A stretch of DNA of 64,000 nt. Origin: a virus. Lineage: Duplodnaviria > Caudoviricetes. Under the pieces are notes generated by a model, which had not been told where the DNA came from, searched no databases, and saw only the letters and a list, made by a program, of their open reading frames with translations. Location: the IMG/VR virus record IMGVR_UViG_3300006810_000046, positions 831-64,830 of that record. The stretch is one strand, 5' to 3'. A program made the position numbers and the translations under genes. Positions 50,919 through 59,843 of this stretch are shown here, piece by piece; positions within the stretch are counted from its first letter, which is position 1, and each line of letters opens with the position of its first letter.

Positions 50919-51145
50919 TAATATTTTTAATAACAACGCTAGCCTTTGGACAAGAAGGTGATAGAAAAATAAACTACCAAAAAGAGACAGAAATTGACTT
51001 CGATGGTCTAGAGATAACAGGAGAAATGATAAAACCTCAAGGAGCTTTGATCATTGAAAGAAGCGGTATAAGATTTAACCCACTTATTAGTCTTAGAACT
51101 GACTGGAACCAAGAAATGTCGTCTTCAGTTAAAGAGATAAAATAG
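50915..51145 (+). CDS. cglF: Homologue of myxobacterial gliding-motility protein CglF/GltF
   Basis: Signal peptide followed by Y.K.T.IDFD..EI.GE..KP.G......R....F.PLI.LR.D...E...S, which matches the CglF family pattern as I recall it. Not verified by search. Confidence 0.6.
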   Translation: MIIFLITTLAFGQEGDRKINYQKETEIDFDGLEITGEMIKPQGALIIERSGIRFNPLISLRTDWNQEMSSSVKEIK

Positions 51146-51200
51146 TTCTGATAATTATAATTGTACACTATATTTATTGTTAAGTCTCAAGGAGGAGAAT

Positions 51201-52040
51201 ATGAAAATAAGTAAAAACAGGCTTAGTAGTCTTGTAAGCCAGGTAATCAAAGAAGAGAGTGATGCCTTTGCTGTCCAGGGAGAAGCTCCTAATCTTCCGG
51301 AAGGGTTTAAAGACTTTAAATTTGATAGTGAAGCTCATTCTTATGTTAACTTTGTTCCTGGTCCTTTTAAAAAATATGACAAATATTTTTATGATCCTTA
51401 TAAAAAAGGAAACGAATACATGTTTCAAGTTAAAGTCAATGGAACAGTAAAAAATATTTTACCTGGAAAACCTGGCCATGATGTTTTAATGGGGAGAATT
51501 AAAAAAGGAAACGAATATCAAATTTCTCAAACCAAATCTGGACTTTCCAAGGCAGCTAAAGATGTCGCTAATGCTATTGTTAGTTTTCTTGATTTAACCA
51601 ACTATGGTGACGGAGAAGGAGAAATAAACGATGAATTAAAGGACTATCTTTTTCAAATAAACACAGAAAAAGGTATAGAAGCTATTAAAAACTCAAGTGA
51701 TCCTTACTATAAGCACGCTGTCTTCATGCATCTAAGACAAGCGTGCCAAAAAAATAAAAATGTAAAACTAGCTGATTGTATTGATGCCGCAGCCAAGTAC
51801 CTGGACCTCAAAGAGCCTAGCGAAGATGAGCTTTCAAAATCACAAAGTTATCAAAATGCTAAAAAGGCTGCTGGTGATTCTCCTTTGTTTAAAAATTCCA
51901 TAGAACCTGTGCGCAGTACTTTTGGTGATCCCAAAGAGTCTGACTCTAAAGAGCCTAAAAATGAATCAAGCCAAATAAACGAAAAAAGAATAAGAGCAAT
52001 AATTAGACACGAATTAATTAGAGCACAAAGAAAAAGATAA
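51201..52040 (+). CDS. Hypothetical protein with N- and C-terminal leader-type motifs
   Basis: Likely start ATG 51201 after GGAGG. N-terminus MKISKNRLSSLVSQVIKEE; C-terminus INEKRIRAIIRHEL. Confidence 0.7.
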   Translation: MKISKNRLSSLVSQVIKEESDAFAVQGEAPNLPEGFKDFKFDSEAHSYVNFVPGPFKKYDKYFYDPYKKGNEYMFQVKVNGTVKNILPGKPGHDVLMGRIKKGNEYQISQTKSGLSKAAKDVANAIVSFLDLTNYGDGEGEINDELKDYLFQINTEKGIEAIKNSSDPYYKHAVFMHLRQACQKNKNVKLADCIDAAAKYLDLKEPSEDELSKSQSYQNAKKAAGDSPLFKNSIEPVRSTFGDPKESDSKEPKNESSQINEKRIRAIIRHELIRAQRKR

Positions 52041-52058
52041 TTTAGTCTAGACCAAAAC

Positions 52059-52086
52059 AAAAGGCCAGCAATTGCTGGCCTTTTTT
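52059..52086 (+). terminator. Rho-independent terminator
   Basis: AAAAGGCCAGC-AATT-GCTGGCCTTTT followed by further Ts. Confidence 0.85.
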
Positions 52087-52087
52087 A

Positions 52088-52116
52088 TTGTAAAATAAAA
52101 AACAAATTATTATAAT
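52088..52116 (+). promoter_or_regulatory. Class A promoter
   Basis: TTGTAA-N17-TATAAT upstream of the ThyX-like gene. Confidence 0.7.
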
Positions 52117-52143
52117 AAAATAAAAACAAAAAGGAGAAAATAT

Positions 52144-53130
52144 ATGCCTCAAAATTTAGACTTAAAACCCATTACACTTCCAATGCAATTAAAGTTTGGA
52201 CAAAAACCAAATACAATTTTTTATAATAACCTTGAAGCTTTAAAAGTCGAGCTAGTTGATGCACCTACAAGATCGCAAGCACTTAATGTTGCCTGGCAGT
52301 ACGTAAAGGCAACATGGGCAGATCACCACGACGATACAAACCCGAGCACAACTTCTTTAAAAGAGTTATCAGCAAATCTAGAAGATGTTCTTAACTTTCG
52401 TGCCTTACCCACTCCTATGGAGTGTCTAGGTTTTACATTTAAGCTCAGTGGACTTTCTTTTCAAGAAGTAACGCATATTATACGACATCGAGCTGGATCC
52501 TTTGCTGCACAATGTACGGGCGATCGAGACCTTCGTGATGATAGTGCAGTAATTCCAGAAGCAGTCCAGAACTCACCTGAATTTCTTGAAAGGTGGATTA
52601 ATCTAGTAAATGAATCAAAACAGCTCTACGCTGACATGTGTGACTCTAGGGCAGTCTCTATGATGGATGCTCGTATGATTCTTCCTAAGGCAATGACATC
52701 TTTTTACCTAATGCGATTAAATCTTAAAGATCTGCTAGGTTTTATTAATCAAAGACAAGACATGCAGATTCAACCTGCTGCTGATAATTTAATTGCTGCA
52801 TATATGGCACGTGAGCTTGTGAAGGTTCTACCAGAAGCTTCTACCAAGATTAATTTTGAGAAACCAGATATGCATTATGTTAATACATTTAGAGTCCCAG
52901 ATGGAAAAGGCGGTTGGACAAGTCGAGGTACAAACCTTTACTGGCCAGAACCTAAAAACGATAAATTTGAATATCACCCACAGGACTCAATTTATCAGGC
53001 TAGACGTGAAGATATTAATGGTACAGAGAACCCGGGAACTAAAACAGTTTTTACAAAGCTATGGGAAGATGCTGTAAATACTGTAAATGTTGTTAAGCGA
53101 TCTCATGATGACTTCATGGGAAGAAATTAA
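52144..53130 (+). CDS. Divergent ThyX-family flavoprotein
   Basis: TPME...FTF.L.G.S...THIIRHRAGSFAAQCTGDR, DARMILP and NLKDL..FI.QR. The RHRx7S motif has Cys in place of Ser, and there is a C-terminal extension. Confidence 0.75.
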   Translation: MPQNLDLKPITLPMQLKFGQKPNTIFYNNLEALKVELVDAPTRSQALNVAWQYVKATWADHHDDTNPSTTSLKELSANLEDVLNFRALPTPMECLGFTFKLSGLSFQEVTHIIRHRAGSFAAQCTGDRDLRDDSAVIPEAVQNSPEFLERWINLVNESKQLYADMCDSRAVSMMDARMILPKAMTSFYLMRLNLKDLLGFINQRQDMQIQPAADNLIAAYMARELVKVLPEASTKINFEKPDMHYVNTFRVPDGKGGWTSRGTNLYWPEPKNDKFEYHPQDSIYQARREDINGTENPGTKTVFTKLWEDAVNTVNVVKRSHDDFMGRN

Positions 53131-53154
53131 CATTTAAGAAATAGATACTTAGTT

Positions 53155-53189
53155 AAAGCAAAGATTTTCTTTCGGAATCTTTGCTTTTT
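53155..53189 (+). terminator. Rho-independent terminator
   Basis: AAAGCAAAGATT...AATCTTTGCTTT followed by Ts. Confidence 0.75.
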
Positions 53190-53272
53190 GATTTTATTCT
53201 ATTTGTTGTATTTATTTTGAATAAAAGAATTTTTATGTATGTCTGGCATATATATTGTTAAAGCTTTAATGG

Positions 53273-53941
53273 ATGCAAAAGATGAAAAAAGAAACGCGGA
53301 AGATTGTTAAACTGATGTTAATTGAGAGAATAAAAAGAATATCAGCAACTAAAAATCCTAAAGACTCAAAGTATCCACTAACAATAACAGCAGATGTTTA
53401 TCCTGTTTCAACAGATCAGCTTGCTGGATTTACTCCTGGATATAGAGATAGAAAGTTAAAAATGTTACAAGGTCATGCTAGTGATTTATCTCGTACTCTG
53501 ACTTTTCAAGGAGACTATGCTAAGTCTGGAAACTCAGGTTTAAAAACGCTTAGGCTAAAAATAAGCGAAAAAGACTGGCCTGATATTTGGTATTTTCCAA
53601 ATACTGAAATTGAAAGAAGACTATTTCTTCAAAACTTTAGAATTCAAAATCTAGACATAATATCTCCTTATGATGAAGGAGGGGCAGAGTATGAGAAACT
53701 TTTCTCTGATCCTGATATAAACATATCCTTTGAGTTTGAAGAAAGTGAAGAAAGTGAAGAAAGTGAAGAAAGTGAAGAAAGTGAAGAAAGTGAAAAAAGC
53801 AAAAGAGCAGAAACTATTTCTAGTATCTTAAGCGGCTTTGACTTTATTATCGAGGATGCTAGAGAAAATAATGAAATAGAATATTCAAACATGGTTCATG
53901 AAGCAATGTTGCTATTTATAAAAGAAGTTACAAAGAGGTAA
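53273..53941 (+). CDS. Hypothetical protein with leader motif and (EES)6 tract
   Basis: 222 aa; N-terminus MQKMKKETRKIVKLMLIE. Confidence 0.65.
   Translation: MQKMKKETRKIVKLMLIERIKRISATKNPKDSKYPLTITADVYPVSTDQLAGFTPGYRDRKLKMLQGHASDLSRTLTFQGDYAKSGNSGLKTLRLKISEKDWPDIWYFPNTEIERRLFLQNFRIQNLDIISPYDEGGAEYEKLFSDPDINISFEFEESEESEESEESEESEESEKSKRAETISSILSGFDFIIEDARENNEIEYSNMVHEAMLLFIKEVTKR
53738..53791 (+). repeat. Perfect 9-bp tandem repeat (GAAGAAAGT)x6
   Basis: Read directly from the sequence; encodes EES six times. Confidence 0.95.
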
Positions 53942-53943
53942 AT

Positions 53944-54653
53944 ATGAAAGTTAATAAAAGTATTCTTAAAAAAATGATAAAAGAGGGTCTTTATAATTCA
54001 AAGGAATATAAAAGGTTAAATGAAAAGTTTTATCCTAAAAACATTAGAAAGCTTAATAAAGGTGAAGATCCTACAAAGAAGACATCTCACGAAGCTGAAG
54101 GCTTTATCGAACCTACTATCTTTCCTGATGAGTTTGATTCTGACGTTTATCCATTTGCAGATCCGTCCCATCCGGATCATGATACAATGAAAAGAGGTTT
54201 AAAGACGACCCGAGCGCAATGTCTGATTATAGGCAGCCTGCAAAACTAAGAACAATGTTCTATAAAGATTCAAAATCCGGACTAAAGACACATAGGCCCA
54301 AGCTAAGTGCCTCTGACCTTGAAGGCATCGAAGGCCTAAGATATCCAGAGTCTGATTCTATGTCTGCTCAAAAAATAAACACGGAACTAGGCTCTCAATC
54401 TAGAGGAGAGTTTGCACCTTTTGATGAAGGCGGTGATTCTTTTTCAGATGAGATGACAACTGCTAGAGGGCCTAGTAAAAGAGAGAGAATGGCACAAGCT
54501 TCAAATAAACTTGATGAAGTTGCAATTAGCATACAGGAAAAAATAGCTATGCTCGAAGAAGAGGGCGGAAACGAAGAAAGAGTCGAATATCTTAAAGATC
54601 TTTATGATAACATTTTGATGGTTCTTGAAGGAATTGATTCAATTAATATTTAA
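53944..54653 (+). CDS. Hypothetical leader-bearing protein, probably one gene joined by a -1 frameshift (ORFs 53944..54249 and 54219..54653)
   Basis: Starts MKVNKSILKKMIKE. The -1 frame is open from 54183, a T-TTA-AAG heptamer lies at 54198-54204, and the second ORF lacks a clear RBS. Confidence 0.55.
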
Positions 54654-54658
54654 AATTT

Positions 54659-54687
54659 GTGTAAATTAATTTCTTCTTTATTATAAT
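54659..54687 (+). promoter_or_regulatory. Class A promoter
   Basis: GTGTAA-N17-TATAAT. Confidence 0.7.
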
Positions 54688-54715
54688 AAAATAAAATAAA
54701 AACAAAGGAGAAATT

Positions 54716-55174
54716 ATGAATGGTTCTAGTTTAGGAAAAGTATATTTGGCAAGCGGATGGTTTTCACCTGAATGGCTTGAAGAAGTTGAAAATATTAAGT
54801 CTGTCTTCGATGAGTTTGGTATTAGCTATTTTTCACCAAAAGATGAAAATCTTTGTGACAATGATGCAAACGAATCGATGCAAGATCAGATCTTTAGTGG
54901 AAATATTAAACATCTTCACGAATGTGATTGGATGCTTTGCAATACAAGAAATAAAGATATGGGAAGTATTTTTGAAGCTGGCTACATGAATTGTCTTAAT
55001 AAACCAATTGTTTATTTTTGCGACGGCCTGCCACCAGGCGCTCAGTTTAATCTAATGCTAGCAGCTAGCGGACTAACAGTTTGTACTTCTTTAAAGCAAC
55101 TTCGAAATTATCTTAAAGATTGCATAGGATCTGGAGAGCTTGTTGAGGCACGATATCAAGGAGAAATTGAATAA
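54716..55174 (+). CDS. Nucleoside 2-deoxyribosyltransferase / nucleotide N-hydrolase family protein
   Basis: KVYLASGWFS, FSPKD, IF..NI..L..CD and DMGSIFEAGY (catalytic Glu), followed by KPIV and NLML. Confidence 0.8.
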   Translation: MNGSSLGKVYLASGWFSPEWLEEVENIKSVFDEFGISYFSPKDENLCDNDANESMQDQIFSGNIKHLHECDWMLCNTRNKDMGSIFEAGYMNCLNKPIVYFCDGLPPGAQFNLMLAASGLTVCTSLKQLRNYLKDCIGSGELVEARYQGEIE

Positions 55175-55195
55175 AGATGAACAATCTTTAGTCGT

Positions 55196-55223
55196 GAAAG
55201 GTTCCTAAGGGGAACCTTTCTTT
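55196..55223 (+). terminator. Hairpin/terminator
   Basis: GAAAGGTTCC-TAAG-GGGAACCTTTC followed by TTT. Confidence 0.65.
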
Positions 55224-55252
55224 GTGTAAACGATTTAAAAATTTAATATAAT
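55224..55252 (+). promoter_or_regulatory. Class A promoter
   Basis: GTGTAA-N17-TATAAT upstream of dnaE. Confidence 0.7.
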
Positions 55253-55273
55253 AAAATAAAAAAAGGAGAAACA

Positions 55274-58200
55274 ATGGTAAATAACAACCTAATCATCCCA
55301 CCACCATCGAGGTTTGTTGGACTTCATGCACATTCAGGTGCAGGATCTCCCTACGATGGAATCGGATATCCTGACAAACATATTGATTTTGTACTATCAA
55401 ATGGAATGGATGCATGGTGCTTGACAGACCATGGAAATGGAAATGGTCTTGCTCATGCGCATACGCATGCCAAGAAGTTAAAAAAGCAAGGCATTAATTA
55501 TCGTCAGCTTTACGGAGTTGAGTTTTATTTTGTGCCCTCACTTGATGGATGGCGATCAGAATACGATGCGCATAGAACTTCGGTTCAAAATGCAAAAACA
55601 GAAAAAGAAGCTAAATCAACAGCAGACATCGAGTCAGAAGATGAAATTTCAGGTGGTCTTGTTATTGAAGATGAAGAAGAAACAAAATCAGAATTTGATA
55701 TGAATAACTGGAAACGAAGATATCATCTTGTAGTCTTTGCAAAAAATCAAAAAGGATTACAAAATCTTTTTACACTCGTTAAACGTTCATATTCAGAGGG
55801 GTTCTATAGATTTCCTCGAATTGACTATAAAATGTTAAAAGAACATGGTGAAGGTCTTATTGTTTCAACTGCATGTATTGGTGGGTTTCCTGCTGGAATC
55901 ATTGCAAGAGGTGAAGCGTTTAAAAAATCTCATGATGAAATCATATCTGAACTTGAAAATATGTCAGATCGATTTATTGATGCTGTTGGTGTAGGAAACT
56001 TTAATCTTGAAGTTCAATTTAACTCACTTAAAATGCAACATACAACAAATAAATATCTTATTGATCTTCATCGAAGAACCAATATCCCGCTTGTTGCAAC
56101 AGCAGACTCTCACTATTATTCTCCTGATATGTGGGAAGCACGTGAACTTTATAAAAAGCTAGGTCGAATGGGTGCTAGAGGCGGAGAACAACAAAAACTG
56201 CCGGCATTTGAAGATTTAAAGTGTGAGTTATATCCAAAAAATGCACAACAAATGTGGGAAGAATATCTTAAACATCACGACTCATACGATTTTTATCAAG
56301 GGTCTGAGCAAATAATATCTGACGCCATTGAAAGGACTCATGATATTGCCTGGCAAGAGTGCAGCGAGGTTTGGTTTGATGAAGATGCAAAGCTTCCAAA
56401 CTTTTCAACTCCTGAAAAATCTGCTATGGCACAGCTATCTGATCGTGTAAAGCAAGCACTTATTGATGAAGGTCTTGACAAGAAACCTGAATATGTCGAG
56501 CGTGCTATTATGGAGCTAGATGATATTAAGCATCTTGGATTTGAAAACTACTTCTTGACAATGACAAAAGTCTTTGATATCGCAGCTGAGTCAACTATTT
56601 TAGGTCCGGGTCGAGGATCTGGTGCAGGTTCACTTGTTAATTACCTTCTTGGTATTACATCAACAGATCCTATTAAATACGGTTTGCTATGGGAACGTTT
56701 TTTACATCGCCAAAAAGCAGGCTGGCCTGATATTGATACTGATGCTGGCGATCGAGATGTTTTGATTGATGCAGCAAAATCACTTGTAGGTGAAGAATCT
56801 GTTGTTCCTGTTAGCAACTTTAATACGTTAAAGCTGAAATCACTTGTAAAAGACGTTGCCAAGTTTTATGGAATCGACTTTGGTGAAGTTAATGCAATGA
56901 CAGCAAATCTGCAAGATGAAGTAATGCATAAAGCAATGGGAGATCATGAAGAAAAGTCAACGTATGTTTTAACACACGAAGACTCGATGAAATATTCAGA
57001 AAAGTATCGAGAATTCATGGAGATGTACCCCAAGGTTTGTGAGCAGGTCCAGTCTTTATTTATGGAAAATAGATCTATTGGCCGACATGCGGGTGGTGTT
57101 TTAATTTGTCCTGACTTAGAAAAGCACATGCCTGTTATCAAGGTTCGAGGTGAACTTCAAACACCTTGGTCAGAAGGAATGAACTTTCGGCACCTTGAGC
57201 CAAACGGATTTCTTAAATTTGACTTCTTAGGACTAGCAACCTTAAAAATGGTAGAAGACTGCATTAGACTTATTCTCAGAAAGCAGAACCCAGGAAAGAA
57301 GATTACATTCTTTAACATTAAGAAATTCTTTGATGAAAATCTAAACTGTCGCTATAATGACTTAAACGATCCTGATGTTTGGAAATATGTTTATGAAGAA
57401 GGTAACTTCGTGCAAGTGTTTCAGTTTACTCAACAGGGCGCACGTAATTTCTGTAAAGAGGCTAAACCTACATCAATCGAGAGCTAGCAGCAATTACTGC
57501 AATTTATCGTCCCGGTCCGCTGGCAGCCAATGTACATAGAAAATATGTTAAGGCCAAAAACAATCCTCAAGACATTGTATACGATCATGATATTATTAGA
57601 GATATCCTTGAGGAGTCTTTTGGTTTCACAGTGTTTCAAGAGCAATTCATGTTATTGGCACAAAAACTATCAGGCTTTGATAAAGGTGCTTCTGACAAAA
57701 TGCGCAAGACACTTGTTAAAAAATCTCTTGATGCAAACGATGCAAAGGCAAAAGAACGTGTTGAACTTAGAAAGAAATTTGTAGGAGGCGCAATCAAGCT
57801 CTCGGGTCTAGCAGAAGATAAAGCAGTTAAACTTTATGAAACAATTGAGGCATTCTCTGCTTATGGTTTTAACAAATCTCACGCTGTTAGCTATGCAATT
57901 GACTCCTATTATTCAGCTTGGCTTCACACACATTATGAAAAAGAATGGCTAGCAACTTGTTTGCAAACACTGAATGGATCCAATAAGTTTTCAAAGATTA
58001 TATCTGAAATCAAGTCAATGGGATACAAGGTTCTTCCAGTAGATATTAATGAATCTTCTGATACTTGGGTATATTCTGAAAAGAGAAAAGGTTTTGTTCC
58101 TCCTTTGACAGCTATTAAGGGTATTGGTTCTGCTGCAGTTGATGAAATCATTGAAAAGAGACCTTTTAACTCTGTGTATGATTTGCTTTATGCAGGCGAT

Positions 58201-58833
58201 AAATGGAAACCAAAGAAAATTAACAAAACCTGTCTAGACGCAATCTGCAAGGTCGAAGGATTAAACTCCTTGGTAGAATTTGAAAACGGTACCTTTAAGA
58301 ATCACCGCCAGCTTCATGAAATTATCATTTCAAACTATGCTACATTAAGAAAGAATATTTACGGCATGACAAAAACACAGCTTAAAAAACTTGAAGCTGA
58401 TGGCATTGAACCCGAGAGATTTCTAGATTCGCAATTGGAAACTGTTTCAGGGCTCGAAGACTGGACACGTGTTGAAAAAATTCATAACTTTGTAAATCTT
58501 ATGGAGAGCGTTGATAAATCAATTGTATTTCCCGAGGAGATTATGGAAAGAATTAATAATGCTCGCATTGACTCTTTTGTCGAGGTGGAAAAAACCGGAA
58601 AAGGCATTGGTTGGTTTTGTATTCAAGAACTAATCAAAAAGACAACAAAGAACGGAAAGGTCTTTTATCGAGCCAAAGTTTGTGATTACGATATGAATAC
58701 AGCCTGGGTAAGGATCTGGACAGAGTTTAAAGAAGAACCCTCTACTTATACAATGTGGCTAGCTGAACTAGGATACAGTGATTCGTGGGGCTATTCGACC
58801 TCTTCATACAAGATGCGTCAAATCAATGTGTAA
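55274..58833 (+). CDS. dnaE: DNA polymerase III alpha subunit, broken by a 1-nt frameshift near 57480
   Basis: PHP motifs LHAHS, TDHG and DSHY; GRGSGAGSLVNYLLGIT; PDIDTD; GRHAGG; KFDFLGL. The -1 frame continues ELAAITAIYRPGPL...FQEQFM...YGFNKSHAVSY. Confidence 0.9.
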
Positions 58834-58856
58834 ATGATCTAATATATTAATATAAT
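58828..58856 (+). promoter_or_regulatory. Class A promoter overlapping the dnaE stop codon
   Basis: GTGTAA-N17-TATAAT. Confidence 0.65.
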
Positions 58857-58861
58857 AAAAT

Positions 58862-58907
58862 CATAGAAGCTCAACATGATACTTTTATGTGCTTCTATGG
58901 TTTTTCT
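58862..58907 (+). terminator. Hairpin with T-run (terminator or attenuator)
   Basis: CATAGAAGC...GCTTCTATG stem followed by GTTTTTCT. Confidence 0.55.
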
Positions 58908-58931
58908 TATATGGAAAACAAAGGAGAATTA

Positions 58932-59834
58932 ATGCTATTAAAAAATGTATTTATAGAAGGTCCTGACTGCTCTGGAAAAACAACAGTTATAAACTCTATC
59001 CATAAAAACACAAACTACAGATATCATATGTTTGATAGATCAAGAATGTCACAATATTTGTTCTCAGTCATGTATGAAAGAACTGACTTAAAATGGTCAA
59101 AGGACCTTTATCACCAAGAGCTTTGTGATCTTTCTAATCTTTATGTGGTTTTGCTGCCTGATCTTGACGTGGTGTTAGATAGATTTCAAAAAAGAGGCGA
59201 TGAAATTCATGATAAGTCAGGTATTGAAAGTGTTTATTTTAATTTTAAAAAGTTTGCAATTGAAGAATCAAGATTTCCAAATGTCATAGTGATAAGAGAT
59301 TCAGAAAATCAGTGGAAAGACGTTTTAAATGCAATTGAAAAGTATGAATCAAAAAAAGAATACGAAGTTGCTAAAGAGTTTGTATATGCAAAATCTTCAA
59401 AAGAGTCAGTTGGACTAAAAATATCAGAAATCGGAAGTTTAAATGACTTAAAAAAAGATTATAATTGCATGAAGTTTAAAAAAGAAAAGGAATATTATGA
59501 AACCATTGAAAAACAATTTATTCAAAAGTTTATTAATGAAACAACAGGAGATAATGAATACTCTAGAAAAGAACTTTATGACTCTAGAAGATTTATCTTT
59601 GTTAGTGATACTTGTATATCATCTATTCATGCAATATGTCGTGATGGTAAAATAACATTCCAGGCCTACATGCGATCTTCTAATGTAGATCAGGTTAGGC
59701 ATGATTACAACTTTATAAGAAATCTAGTTATTGTATTTAAAAACTTATTACTAGGGTCTTCTAGCATTCCGTTTGACTTAGAAGCATATCAACTTGATTT
59801 GCTTTTTGGGTCAGCACATGTTGTTCAAACCTAA
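58932..59834 (+). CDS. Fusion of a dNMP (thymidylate-like) kinase and a compact thymidylate synthase/dCMP hydroxymethylase-like domain
   Basis: Likely start ATG 58932 after AAGGAG. N-terminal IEGPDCSGKTT, FDRS..S and RF.KRGDE. C-terminal SRRFI, DTCIS.IH, YMRSSN, RHDY and GSAH. Confidence 0.7.
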   Translation: MLLKNVFIEGPDCSGKTTVINSIHKNTNYRYHMFDRSRMSQYLFSVMYERTDLKWSKDLYHQELCDLSNLYVVLLPDLDVVLDRFQKRGDEIHDKSGIESVYFNFKKFAIEESRFPNVIVIRDSENQWKDVLNAIEKYESKKEYEVAKEFVYAKSSKESVGLKISEIGSLNDLKKDYNCMKFKKEKEYYETIEKQFIQKFINETTGDNEYSRKELYDSRRFIFVSDTCISSIHAICRDGKITFQAYMRSSNVDQVRHDYNFIRNLVIVFKNLLLGSSSIPFDLEAYQLDLLFGSAHVVQT

Positions 59835-59843
59835 GGAGGAAAA

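Noticed and set aside
55274-58833. Intein, split intein or intron in dnaE
   Set aside because: There is no extra sequence at the break and no intein terminal motifs. The two parts join with a one-base offset.
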